NCBI GenBank assembly: GCA_040954595.2
Contig: CM082587.2
Location: forward strand, 8,995,403-9,059,402
DNA length: 64,000 bases
DNA from: Balanoglossus misakiensis
Lineage: Eukaryota; Animalia; Hemichordata
Reading direction: 5' to 3'
Shown here: piece after piece, positions 36,244 through 48,990 of the stretch
How the letters are laid out: each line of letters begins with the position of its first letter
Numbering within the stretch: the first letter of the stretch is position 1
The notes under the pieces: generated by a model
Told to the model about the DNA's origin: nothing
Databases searched by the model: none
The model's input: the letters and a program-made list of their open reading frames with translations, nothing else
Made by a program: the position numbers and the translations under genes

Positions 36244-36590
36244 AGGGACAAAGTCTCTCTCTCGCTGCCCATTTTTCCATTAATTATATTTGATACAAGA
36301 CACCGTTTGTTATTCTACATGTGGATATATAGTGAATGAACGTTCAACCACACACAACTTCCATCCCTCTTATAGACAGGAGAGTGAAAAATCTCGCCAA
36401 AATGAATAATCGTTCTTTACCATTTATTCATTTTGGGCGAGTTTTTACTCTCATATCCTACAAGTGGGATGGAAGTTGTGTGTGGTTGAACATTGATTCA
36501 CTATATATCCACATGTAGAATAACATAAACAGTGTCTTGTATCAAACATAATTAATGGAAAAAGGGCAGCGAGAGAGAGACTTTGTCCCT
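36244..36590. mobile_element. Kolobok-type palindromic MITE (347 bp)
   Basis: AGGGACAAAGTCTCTCTCTCGCTGCCC ... GGGCAGCGAGAGAGAGACTTTGTCCCT; TTAA TSD; nearly the whole element folds back. Confidence 0.88.
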
Positions 36591-36982
36591 TTAATTTTAA
36601 TATTGGGATATGTTCAGCTGAAAAACATTCAAATTTCTTTTTGAAGCCTTCCTACATTCACTTATAGTCTGTCTTTGAGTCCAGTTTGACCTAAAAATGT
36701 TAGGGGCAACGTTTGCTATTAAAAGAATGTGTCAGTATGCAGGCAAACGACGAACTTCTCGGAAAGTGTGAACTTTGACCCAAATCACTATGGTAACCGC
36801 GCTGTAAGTACAGTACCCCCTAGCCCTGTACAAAATGTGTATTGACGAGCGCCACCAATCTTTACATTACCCACCATGCACTGTAAATTGCCTGGACGTC
36901 CTCAAGGGTCAGGTCACTGACGAATCCTTTAGTTTTCAACGATTCTTGAACGACGGGGTGGGTGTTTCGTGGTGTTACGAGC

Positions 36983-39419
36983 ATGTCGTCACCAGCGGAT
37001 ATCACTCTTTCGTTGCGGAAAACTATAAATGTAATGTTTATGACAGAAAGCAGCACGGAGCAGTTTGATAGTGGTGACGCCTACTTTTTGTCGTCTGCGA
37101 AACAACGAGTACTTCCGGGTTTCACCCAACAAGGTAAGGGTTTGTTTACGTGTGTATTAATCACGGGAAGTCGTGGTCGTTTGATGTTCCAAACGGGACA
37201 ACAGTACGGGAATTTCAAGATAAATTCGTTGTTGCTGTGATTATCGAAACGGTGACCGTTGTGTCAAGCCCTGGCACGAATTGACAAGGTCATATTGTCA
37301 CACAAAGTCACAAATACGAGCGATTCCATTAAAATCTCTGCAACTATAATCTTGCAGCTCGATCGTTCCCCAACACCAAATTTCCAACGATAACATGCAT
37401 GTAGAGGTGAAACAGAGATATTTATTCCTTGTGACTACTAATGGGTGATAGAGTTTCTTGCCTATACCTGTGTGCATTTGTTCATGTATGTATGCACATG
37501 TAGTACCAGTTTTAACAGACTGTAGCACAAATAACTTCAGCATGTCTTCTTTGATGTGATTGGTCAATAGATTGCAGTTATGTCTGGGAGGAAGCCAGGA
37601 GAACCAATCAGACCACTCAGCTTGAAGACTGCTTGGTGAGAAAAACTGAACAACTGATCCATCATCTCAGAAATGATACTCTTTCAGAGAAAGGTAAACT
37701 TGACGAATGCTTCTTATTATCTTTCCACCCAAAAATTAAAAAATATCTTTCCACCCAAAAAATAACTTTACTATTTAGTGAACTTAATACCCTTATTATT
37801 GTGTAAGGCAATAGTCAGACATGAGGCCAAAACATCAAATTAAAAAAGCTAGGAATAAATAAAATGTACCCTTCAATCTTGTTATTAGAGCAGTTGACTT
37901 AAAGGAATAATAGGCCACGTAATTTGCAAAGCTTATGTTCCTAACCCCTAGTTCCCTCTTTAGAGGTCCAACTTTACCATATAAAACAATGGGTTTGGAC
38001 TGAACCATTATGGTGAAAGGGTAATCATTGTTTTCGTTAGCATAAAAAACTTGTGTCCTACACGTATATCTCCGTCTGTGAACTCAAGATTAAAATCTTT
38101 CGCTTGTTTCAAAGCGGGTCTCAAAGAACGAAAGGTCATTCATCGTGTTCTGTGTCGTCACCCTGTTAATACTATAAATAGTAAGGAATGTACGCGCCCG
38201 CGTGAAAGTTAGACTTCTTTAGGATATGGCAGAAGAAATGTAAGAATGATAAAAGTGGGCAAATTACATTGACATCAATCAAGTCATGCCAAGGAGGGGT
38301 AGTGAAGGATTTTTAATCGCTATTCCTGTGTATTTGACAGAAAAATCGACCCTGGTCAACTTCCTATTTGAAAGTGGTGCCATCTCTGTGGAAGTGACGA
38401 CCAGCCAATTGCCACGCCCTGAAAGCCAGTACCATGGAAACACCAGCGAAAGAGTGTGTCACCATGACGATGGCACGTATTCTGTGGTGCCAGAAACTAA
38501 CATGGGAATCACTGACGTTAAAAGTATTGCTGTTGACTCGGAAATGAATCAACAAGAAAATGAGGGCTATCAAGCGAGACACTGTGACAGTTTGGATGTT
38601 GATACCAGACAATGCCAACCGAGCTCGACAGCAATAACCGGCCAGAAATTTGAGAGTGTGAGAGACATTGTGGATAATTTTGACAGCATCGATGAACAGT
38701 CAGGAAATTCAAATCGAGAGAACTCGAAATTGTATCCGAATGTCGGAATTGACAATGCAGCGTTGTATCGACACACCGGCGATGGAAGTTCGCACGCTCG
38801 CGGAGACGTCAGTTTTGTGGAGAGTGTCTCTTTCCCAACTCAGTGTCTGGAGAATGTCACCCAATCGGAAATCTCGCAAAGTGTGGATGAGAAGGAGAGC
38901 AAAGATGAGATTGTCATCAAAGAGGAAAGCCCTGGGGACGAGATTGTGTATATGTGTAACCCCGAGGGGCCATCAGTGTCACGTGTTGGTGAAACGACCG
39001 AGGCAGACCGCCTGAATGTGGAAATAGAAGCAGAGTCTGACAGCTCGCAAATCTTCATCCCCCCTTCTGAGACCTCCCAGGCACTGACACGGCCTAAACA
39101 AAACATCCAACCATTCAGACCCACAGCCAACACTGCAAAAGTTCCAAAATCCCGGAAGTCAAAACTCGGACTGTTGTCCGTTGCTGGCTACAACAAGAAA
39201 AGATCCTTGAAAGGACGATACTTTGTGTGTAATCTATGCTCAGCAGGGTTTGACAACAGAAGTCGGCTTCTAGCCCACATGAAAAGTCACACCAAGGGTG
39301 CGCAGAAGAAGGCCGTGGAATGCAAGGACTGTCGGGAGAAATTCAACAACAAGGAAAGCCTGGTTGCCCACCAGAGATTCCATATCCACACCTGTGCAAT
39401 TTACATATGCATTAATTGA
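36983..39419 (+). CDS. C2H2 zinc-finger protein 1 (~450 aa, two fingers)
   Basis: Exons 36983-37133, 37571-37693, 38341-39419; fingers CNLC..HMKSH and CKDC..HQRFH; N-terminus paralogous to the gene at 43919. Confidence 0.8.
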
Positions 39420-39506
39420 CCTCTTGATAAAGACCACCTGTCTATAAAGGCCACTTTATGAAAGTCCCTTGACTGGCCACTAAATACACAGTCAGGTTTG
39501 ACAGTA
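39405..39506 (-). mobile_element. MITE fragment at the 3' end of ZNF 1
   Basis: ATTAATTGACCT...ACCTGTCTATAAAGGCCAC...CAGGTTTGACAGTA resembles, in reverse, the intronic repeat at ~16335-16500 and ~26442-26525. Confidence 0.55.
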
Positions 39507-39541
39507 TCATACATTTCCTTCATTTTCTGCCAGCATTGCAA

Positions 39542-39751
39542 TGTAGACTGACCATATGCCACATGACTTAATGCAGATATTTTTTTTCAGTGCATTATTT
39601 CTATTGTTTTTCTGGTTACAGTAGAAAAATGTAGCATCTCTGCCTCCGTTGTAGACTGACCATATGCCACAAGACTTAATGCAGATATTTTTTCAATGCA
39701 TTATTTCTATTGTTTTTCTGGTTACAGTAGAAAAAATATAGCATTTCTGCC
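39542..39751. repeat. Tandem duplication, ~109-bp unit x2
   Basis: TGTAGACTGACCATATGCCACA...TCTGCC occurs twice. Confidence 0.85.
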
Positions 39752-39844
39752 GGTAACTTCATTGCCGAGGTTTTATGTTTAGATAAGTTAAGATAAACAG
39801 TATTGAGAAATAAAGGTTTATCAACTGTAAGGCCATTGTCACAT

Positions 39845-39940
39845 TTTTTTTCACTCATTTTAGCAAAGCTACAACTTTCTACTGTTTGCTTAATTTCTTC
39901 CTCTGACTTGGGATGGCCCAAGGATTCTACAATATAGATC
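39845..39940 (-). pseudogene. Sulfotransferase gene fragment
   Basis: IVESLGHPKSEEEIKQTVESCSFAKMS matches IADFLDRPKSDEEIEKVAESCSFVAMS of the neighbouring gene. Confidence 0.75.
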
Positions 39941-40090
39941 ACATCTCATAAAGTTGAAGTCAAATCTGTGAAATTTCGCATATGCTGAAATTCTGCTATA
40001 AAGATCCTGCAATTAGAACCTGTTCTGGCTACTTCACATTTTGGAATGAATATAAAATCATCCGTGTACAATTTTAATCATGGCAGAAAT

Positions 40091-41059
40091 TTAATTCTTT
40101 GTTTCCATAACTGATGGATGTTTATTCGGTGTTGAGTCTCTCATATCATAAACAAATTTCAATCCATGTTCCTCAGCTTTCTCAGTAACTTCTCGATCAA
40201 AAAATTCATTTTGCGCGACAGTGAAGTGGTTCTTCCAATCACCGACTCGACCTCTGCGCTGGTGACGAGCATCATCTGGAAAGGAATGTGTGTCCGCGCC
40301 AACCATTGAATATTGACGGAAGATTTCCTTCCCTTGACTCATTGCAACAAAACTGCAACTTTCAGCCACTTTTTCAATTTCCTCGTCTGACTTCGGACGA
40401 TCCAGAAAATCTGCGATCTGGCATAACACAGATTTCAAATCTCTCTTCATATCTTCAAATGTGACGTGTAGCACATTGTCCTGCTGGGTGTATCGTTTCC
40501 ATGCCAACACATGATCCAACCAAGAGCCGTACAACACTCTCCCCTGGACGAAAGCCTTAACCCAGTCGTTCCAATTCAAATCCATCCCGATCCAAGGAAT
40601 TGATCTCATGTAGCTATAATACGACACGCATACATCTTTCGGATTTCTGGCTACATATATAACTTTACACATCTTTTGACCTTTGACCCATGACTTTGGG
40701 AACAACTGTGGAGGAAGATGGCAGAATAATAACCTTGGTGACGTCATCTTCTGCAAGGATGTCTTCACAGCCTTCGCATGTTCACCATACATACCAGGTA
40801 TATGATCAGCGTCCTCGTAAAGTAGGTCAAGGCGCACTGTTTTCTTTGTAGCTGGCAGTAAGAAATTGAGGTCACTATACATGCTAGTCAAGGCCTTTAA
40901 CATCCAGTATGTTCCTGATTTGATATACGTCACAATGATGATATCGTCCTCTCTAACGTCCCATGTGTCTATCGGATTGGTCTGCACGGTCTCTATGTTA
41001 TGGACACAGTTTATGAAGTAACAACCGTTGTAGAAGAAACCTGGCCATTCCTTCGCCAT
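40091..41059 (-). CDS. Cytosolic sulfotransferase (SULT family), intronless, 322 aa
   Basis: 5'-PSB loop TYIKSGTYW, 3'-PB RNPKDVCVS, YGSWLDH, C-terminal RRGRVGDWKNHFT; first ATG at 41059. Confidence 0.92.
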   Translation of the reverse strand: MAKEWPGFFYNGCYFINCVHNIETVQTNPIDTWDVREDDIIIVTYIKSGTYWMLKALTSMYSDLNFLLPATKKTVRLDLLYEDADHIPGMYGEHAKAVKTSLQKMTSPRLLFCHLPPQLFPKSWVKGQKMCKVIYVARNPKDVCVSYYSYMRSIPWIGMDLNWNDWVKAFVQGRVLYGSWLDHVLAWKRYTQQDNVLHVTFEDMKRDLKSVLCQIADFLDRPKSDEEIEKVAESCSFVAMSQGKEIFRQYSMVGADTHSFPDDARHQRRGRVGDWKNHFTVAQNEFFDREVTEKAEEHGLKFVYDMRDSTPNKHPSVMETKN

Positions 41060-41372
41060 TGTGTTTATTGTACTGTCCAAAGCATGAAGTGAAAAGAACA
41101 ATTTACAGTGACCTTTGCTTGTCAGTTAAACCTAGGAAATGTTGAGGGCGCTCTTCACTTGTAACATGTCATAGACAATCGTCGCCCTTTAATCCACTCT
41201 TGTCCCATAGATTTCCTTTTGTATAAACCACGTGGTACGTATTCGCGGTCTGCCTTGAAGGTCACAGTAACCTTGAAGCCACTGTTCTCGTTTCAAACAT
41301 GAAATAGCGAATAAATGGTCTGGTTCTTGCTTGTTCTGTAGAGGGCAAGTCGCGAAAAGATTGAGCCAACCC

Positions 41373-41626
41373 TGTTCATCACAGGACAGGTGTCGCTAAA
41401 ACAGCGTGTTCCAGTCGAACTATATCGACCTACCTAATTAAATTCTATATTTGAGGGCAGAATGTATACTATTTGGGAACACACGCAAGTACATCTTATT
41501 TTAATAAAAGTGTTCATCACATGACAGGTGTCGCTAAAACAGCGTGTTCCAGTCGAACTATATCGACCTACCTAATTAAATTCTATATTTGGGGACAGAA
41601 TGTATACTATTTGGGAACATACGCAA
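41373..41626. repeat. Direct duplication (138-bp period) between the divergent SULT genes
   Basis: TGTTCATCAC..GACAGGTGTCGCTAAAACAGCGTG...ACGCAA at 41373 and 41511. Confidence 0.9.
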
Positions 41627-41904
41627 TTCGCCAGTTATTATCGACGTGGTTTAGGCCAGTGGCCCATAGTTGAAGAAAAAAGACATGAATATATTGTACT
41701 GCCCTACGGGTACCGATTGATTCCCAGGGGCCCATAAGGATCTTGTATCTTTGACCTGCGAATGAACAAAGCAGATAAGGGACACTTTCATGTCACGTGA
41801 CACAAGAAAATACCAAGCCCATAGAAACCAGACACTCCCTGCCCGACTGAGTTAAATCGCGCGGCGTGTAGATCACCCAGACGTTTTTAAGTCTAGTTTT
41901 GACC

Positions 41905-42827
41905 ATGTCGCAGGATTGGCCAGGTTTCTTCTATGATGGCAATTATTTTGCATCGATTGTGTATTTGACGAAGAAACGGTGAAAAGCAACCCCATTGAGA
42001 AGTGGGTGGTCCGGCCAGACGACGTCGTCCTGGCAACCTATCCCAAATCTGGCACGTTTTGGATGTTGAAGACAATACGTACAATCTGCGGTGATCAGCT
42101 CAACTTTTTGCTGCCCCGCACCCAGAAAGCTGTTCGCCTGGACACGCTGTACGAGACTACAGACAACACGTCAGGACCCTATGCAGAACTCGTGGATGCT
42201 GTGAAGACATCCCTGCACGAAATGCCATCACCGAGATTGCTGTACCATCATTTTCCTCCCCAGTTCTTCCCAAGGTCGTGGAAAGAAGGTGATCGCCGGT
42301 GCAGAGTCATCTCCTTATCACGAAATCCGAAGGATGTCTGTGTCTCTGATTATTTCCACATGAAAGCTACCCCCTGGTGTCACATGAACTTGACTTGGGA
42401 CGAGTGGGTGAAAGCGTTCATCGAAGGTAAAGTGTGGTACGGATCGTGGCTGGATCACGCGTTGGCATGGAAACAGTACGGTCTCCAAGACAACGTGCTT
42501 CACGTCACGTATGAAGAAATGAAAGTGGATTTCAAGTCGGTGGTGGCGAAAATTGCTGACTTCTTGGGTCGGCCGAAGACTGACGAAGAAATCGAGAGTG
42601 TGGTGGAAAGTTGCAGCTTTGCTGAAATGAGTAAAGGAGAAGGTTTCTTCAGGAAATACTCAATGTGTGGAGGCCCCGATTCATTCACTAAAGGATCGCG
42701 ACATCTACGCAAAGGTCAAATCGGCGATTGGAAGTACCACTTCACCGTCGAACAAAACGATTTCTTTGATCGCCAGATTGTTGAAAAGGCAAAGAAACAC
42801 GGACTGGACTATACTTATTACGTGTAA
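41905..42827 (+). pseudogene. Cytosolic sulfotransferase paralog with a +2 frameshift near codon 15
   Basis: ATG 41905 gives MSQDWPGFFYDGNYF; homology continues IDCVFDEETVKSNPI in another frame; TYPKSGT, RNPKDVCVS and RKGQIGDWKYHFT intact. Confidence 0.8.
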
Positions 42828-43918
42828 TGTAATAATTTTACGTCTGGCTTAATAAGCATTGCCCACCCACTTTCCCATGTTCAATGGGGGTCGATACAGT
42901 GGGGTCAGTCACTTTTTGATATCCACGGTGAAATGTATGTTTTTTTCTTACTTCTACGGTAATCTGATTAAAATCTACATAGTTGGAGTAGATAGGTTTA
43001 TATACTTCGTTTTTTTTATTACAGACTGCTGGTTTTAAATTGGCTGGTGCTTCAGTGCAGCTCAGTCATGCAGAAAATGTTTCCCTGGGCCCCTTTGTCG
43101 AGCTTGGACTTCGCCGCCGGCAGGGTCGTGCTCTCCGCAAAATAGTCGCATAAATTGAGCAGTCTCTTCACGGACTGCATATGTATTATTCTGCGATATA
43201 CAAAGGTACCGGCGTGGCGGCCTAGTTTAGACGTGGGGGTTAGGGTGGTGGTTCTTCGAGGAAGTATCGGTGTGTTCACGGTACGATCATGGTCTGATAG
43301 ACATCTTGAAATCATTCTAAGGAAATTTTAATCATCATTTGCTCGTGAGCTAAACTTGGTCTAGTCCTCGTTTTAGAAACTGCCCGGAATCATATCCTGA
43401 ATGCCTCAGTGTGCAAGAATCAGCTATTATAGACTTCAATTTTGGTCTATCACATGGCTGGGCTTTAACACAGCGCCACCATGCGAAAGAAATGGGGCGG
43501 GGACCAGATTACTTTGTTTTTACCCCCACGTGACGAGATCGCGACCGCAGTAGCCCCCGGGCCGGTGCCGCAACCTGGAATCATTCGGAGGAAAGTGTTT
43601 ATTATCATTTACATCATCACGAAAAATGGCATGACGACTATTATTTGCACATAAGACGAACATGCGCTCGTCTTCACTTTATTAATTGCCCGTATAATCT
43701 TTTGCATAGCTCAAACCATGGTCACTAAACTGACTGTACTGCAACAAGCTCGGCCCCTTTCCCCGAAAACAGGTTTGTCTATGAGTGCGTCCCCCGGAAA
43801 GCACATCCCACAATCCTGTGCGTGCAGCTGCATAGCCAGTCGATCGGAGAGACTGTGTATCGCCAGTATTTCATGTATTTCTGTCGTTCTCTGGGTCCTT
43901 GGTAACGCACAGGGAATC

Positions 43919-45450
43919 ATGAGCACCGCCGCAGATATCAGTCTTTCCTTCCGCAAGACCATCAATCTCATCTTTGCCGCTGAAGCCGAGAACGCTCAGC
44001 GACAGACCATCCGGTCGTCTGCTGCCAGCAAGCACTGTCCACTTCCGGGGTCTAATGGTGACATCGACAAGGAGCCTCTTTCGTTATCTTCACAAGGTAG
44101 GGAATATTCTCAGGATTATTTCTCCGCGCCACCGATCTAGTTAACAATTTTCGGAGAAAAAAAACGCTCATTATATTCCCCAGTGTCGCAGAACAATAGC
44201 GTGTCCGTGTATGTTATTCATACATGAATAAATTATATTTATTACCAGAATAATTTATGAATTTGCATATCAAATTAACTAAATAATGGTACGTGTGGGT
44301 AGCTAGTTGTTATCTATTTCAATACACAATGAAACTTGCATTGTGATTTCATTTTGGCAGTGCTTTTTACGATCGTGGTAAGTCGGAGTTTGTATCTCGA
44401 CATTATAGTGTCACAAACGAGGTAATTACTAATAAAGTATAGTTGTGTATAACTGGTATTATTCCTGTCAAAAATATTTCAACACTCTCTCTCGATAAAC
44501 CGTCTCATCATAGCAGTGATGATCATTATGCAAGGTAATCCCTAATGTATAAAGCATCTATAGCTTGTTAATATTGCAAAGCCCAGCAGCAGGCATTCCC
44601 ATGTCGGCATTATTTAATAATGAATTGTAGGTATGGGATATTATATATAATAAGGGGCCAGGGTAGGGTATTGTAGCTATTGTATTCTAAGAGAACTGCT
44701 TTGTTGCAGTTGATAATAAAACATTTGTCTTTGTCCATTCCCACAAACTGAACTATGCTGAGATAATTTTAAATATAAATCATGGTCAATGGCCTTTAAT
44801 TTTCAATAATATTTTTTATATTATATATTTTTATACATCAGTTGTAGAGTGATGTTTTCAATTCCTAAATAAGGCTTACCAAAGAGACATTATACCACAT
44901 CAATTTTCGACTTTTCACCTTGAGCTGATAATTTTTTTTGAATAGTAATTGAGTAGCCAAATTGTCTTAAATTGGACAATTATCAGAAAAAGTGAATGGC
45001 TTTTCGAAAAAACAAGATGTAATGGGTCGACCTGTGATAATATTCTTTCCCAGTGTCACTGACATGACTCTGTAAGGCATACATTTTATTGAAAGAATAA
45101 TGACCTCTTCACTCTTTACTTTTGCTGTGTGTGTGTTGTGTGATTATGTGTGTTTGTGTAGTGATAACTGACCCACAATTTTCGTCTCCTCAACTTTTCA
45201 GATTGTTGTTATCTTTGGGAGGAAGCCAGGCGAGCTAACAAAGTGACTCAGCTGTGGGACTGCTTTGTCAAAGTTACCAATGAAATGTTTCATCGTCTTA
45301 CTCATAATACACTCTCAGATAAAAGTACGTACTCAACAGGTATCTTGTTTGTTTGTTTGTTTGTTTATTTATTATTTATTTATTTATTTATTTATTTGTT
45401 TGTTTATTTATTATTTACTTATTTATATTTGTTTGTTTGTTTGTTTATTT

Positions 45451-45494
<44 letters not shown>

Positions 45495-47008
45495 TGTTTG
45501 TTTGTTTGTTTGTTTGTTTGTTTGTTCCAGAATCAGTAGTTTGGGAACAAAGTGACATTGACACTACTTTTCTGTTGGTTCTCACAGAGAAAGCCAATAT
45601 TGTCAACTTCCTGTGTGACTGCGGCGTCATCAAAATGCAAGTGACCACAGCGAGGATGTCCGGCGAAGATCTTCCGGAACCGGAGGGTCACGGAATACGG
45701 GAGCAGGAACAGAATGGGAATGCACAGCAGTCGGAATATCCCGTGCCGGAGACACTCATTGAAAATCACTTCCCGGAGCCTCCTGTACCATCGGAAACGA
45801 TTCCATCACAGGCTGGTGGATCTGGATCTACGTGTGATCAGGATACGCAAGTCGGTGAACAAAATCCGTGCTCGCAGAAAACTGTTCAAAGGAATGAATT
45901 CGCCAATATTCGGATCAAAGAAGAGAAAGAAGAAGTCGGGGAATTGTATCACGCGTATAAGGATGAGCCAAGGGATGCGAATGTTGAAACCCCTGCAAAT
46001 AATAACATACAAGAAATTCGGAACTCTGCAATTAGATTGCAACAGAATACTGCAACATCTGATGTCAATAGGGGAGATTCCATTGTTGAGCAGGGGGGAG
46101 AGCTATCTGGAGGAGATGTTGTGAGGCAGGGCAGTGGGGATCTTGGTGGTGAACTGTCTGGGGTTAATAGTACTGTGTCCGGGCAGGATGATGAACAGGG
46201 TAGACGTGGAACCCAACAGCAGAGGTTTGAAGCGGCCTGTGGAATCACTTCCCAGCAGGTTAATACTCGAAGTTCATCGCAGCAACACAGGACTGCAGCA
46301 AGTTCTGCCGCAGCGCAAAGGGTGGGGTCGCCACGCGAATCTGGCAGTCTTTCTCGCGGGATGCAAAGTGACGTTCAGTCGAGCAATACCACAAGACGCA
46401 AACTGAAGGAGCCGAAGATCGTAGACGGATTAATCCACTGCCCGTTCTGTCGGCGAACCTTCAAAACCCGGACCACCTTCAACCAGCACATCGTGATCCA
46501 CGACATGGACCGACCGTATGAGTGCACCCGATGCAACATGACGTACAAACGACGGATCCATCTGACGGAGCACATGCGCGTGCACACAGGCGAGAGACCT
46601 TATACCTGCAAGGTGTGTGGCCGCGGATTCACTCGAAGCACGTATCGGGCGGTCCACATGCGAACACATACAGGCATCAAACCCTACCACTGCAATATCT
46701 GCGGGACGAACTTCAGTCAGAAACAGATTCTGAACCAACACGTACGGCGACACTCTTGGGAGCGCCCGTTCTCGTGCACAGACTGCGGAAAGCGGTTCCG
46801 CACCGAGAGAGATTTAATAAGCCACACGCGGGTCCACACAGAAAGAGCATACACCAAGTGTAAAATCTGCAGCAAAAAGTTCCTCTACGCGAAAAGTTTA
46901 CTCGGCCATATGCGAATACATACTGGGGAAAAACCTTTTGAATGTATAACATGCCAAAAAAAATTTAGGTTTAAAATTCAGTTTGATAATCACATGATAA
47001 CTCACTAA
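43919..47008 (+). CDS. C2H2 zinc-finger protein 2 (~573 aa, seven fingers)
   Basis: Exons 43919-44096, 45202-45324, 45588-47008; seven CxxC-x12-HxxxH fingers, several with TGERP/TGIKP/TGEKP linkers; AATAAA ~47027. Confidence 0.9.
45345..45526. repeat. (TTTA)n/(TTTG)n microsatellite in an intron
   Basis: Direct reading. Confidence 0.95.
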
Positions 47009-48990
47009 AGGTTTGACTGATACAAAAATAAAATTATAGTATATTTTGTGATTTATGTGTTTACCAAGGCTTTTTCATTGTGGTCCTTTTGAAGATTTTT
47101 GTTTGATTCTGACTGGTGCCGGTATCCAGCTCAGTTTTGCTCACGGATTGTTTGTCATTTTGAGTCTTGCACATTTTTGTAGTCTACATATTACTGTTTC
47201 AAAATTTGTTTGATGAAATTAATGAACTTTGAATTAATGAACTTGAATTAAAGACTCGCTGTACATTTTAAAATTGGAGAAAATGCCTGTTACTGACAGT
47301 CTACATAGTGACCACAACACTGTTTTCACTCTATATTTTGAGTGAAATGCATATTAATTAGCAACATAAATGAAAATTGTATTCCATGGATGTTTATCAA
47401 GCTGATGCAATGCAATGACATACGTTTCTTGAAAAATTTGGCATGGTTGTGTAAATTATGGCTCTATGATTTTGTTTCTAAATTGCCCTAAATTGTCCCC
47501 ATGCTGTATGCTGTTTCTGCTGACAAACTAATCATTAACTAATTCGTAAATAACTAAATCATTCCACCCAACACTTGCACTCACCACAGAACAGCAATTA
47601 TGGCAAACTAGTCTGAATTTCAAATTCTCCACAAAAACTGGACAGATGAATGACTATGGTCACCATCTCTCATTGGCGAATTTGCTTGATTTGAAAGTGG
47701 GTCCTTGCCATGTATATGTTTTCTGTTCATCACAGAACATTGCGGGGTAGTGGAATTAGTATGCATTGCATGATAGACTTGTATCCATCGATGGAGATAC
47801 AATGAAAATCGTTTGAGTTGCACAGAAGGAAGTTACTGACTATATTTTCTGTGTTATCATGTTAATCCTCCATTAAGATTTTGTGAAATGAACACTTTAA
47901 GCTTTAAGGCAGTATGAGCCTTTGTCATGTTATATGTACCTTGAAAATCAGTCTTAGACTTGTTGTTTTTGCTCAAGGCGACTTCAGACGATTCTTGGCC
48001 TAAAAGCAATTTCACTGGCCATACATAACAAAGATGTTACCACTTGAGGGCGCCATATTCTGTCCCCAGTACAGTTACCAGTATGTTTGACAAAATAGCC
48101 AGAAGTTTTTGATGAGCATAGTGTGGGAATTTTAATTGCTATGAGAAATTATTTTTACTTTTTGTCACTGGACACCATTTTTTAATTCCAAAACGATTTT
48201 AATGTCAACGTTTATTACTTTCACAAGTTCCAGTATCTTAAAACTTTAAAACTTCAATTTTCAATTAAACAGCATAAAATGGAACTCTATCCATTCATTA
48301 ACTCGTGTTTGTATCATTTTATAACCAACACTGCCTGGATGGCCGAGATGATAGAAACATGCAAGGTCAGAAGTCGGCCCTTGATTTGAAAAAAAAAATC
48401 CGTTTTATTGACCCTCATCAGAAAGCACTAGGTTTGCATCATTATAAATGCCGACACGTGTCAAACGTCGTGAAAATTTGGAAAACAAATTATGCTCCCT
48501 CATTTAGCCATACCTGCCAAGATCTTGATCTGTGCCTTCTACTAAAGATTACCTGTACACGTGGACAAAAATTCTGGTTCGCATTGTTCTCTGATGTTGC
48601 CTGGTCGTGATCTGTCTTCGGTTCGAAAAAAAATCACTCCGAGATGTCATTGCCATTGCTAAGAAAGCTCCCAGCTTGAACAAGTCAGAAATCCTATGAA
48701 AACTTAACTGTAATGATAAGGCGCATGCGTGATCAATTAAGGACCCTGATGGGCACTGAGGGCGCCCCTCATGCTCCCCCATATGAACCAGATACGTTTT
48801 CTAAAGGTGCTGAAAATTTGTCCAGTAGTTCAATAGTTGCTACAAAATCCAACGTCTGATCCCTTATTGAGCTCACTTGGTTCGGTGTCACTATATTGAG
48901 GACATTTGCGATTACAGAACGGTAGTTAGACAACCTTCAACGAGGTGTGTGGAAATGCTAATTATTCTCGATTCATCCGACATTCATTTA

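Noticed and set aside
45243-45587. Hydrophobic N-terminus on the zinc-finger ORF
   Set aside because: Translated intronic microsatellite; the exon starts at 45588.
47900-48745. Possible old Kolobok-like element
   Set aside because: Too decayed to pair termini by eye.
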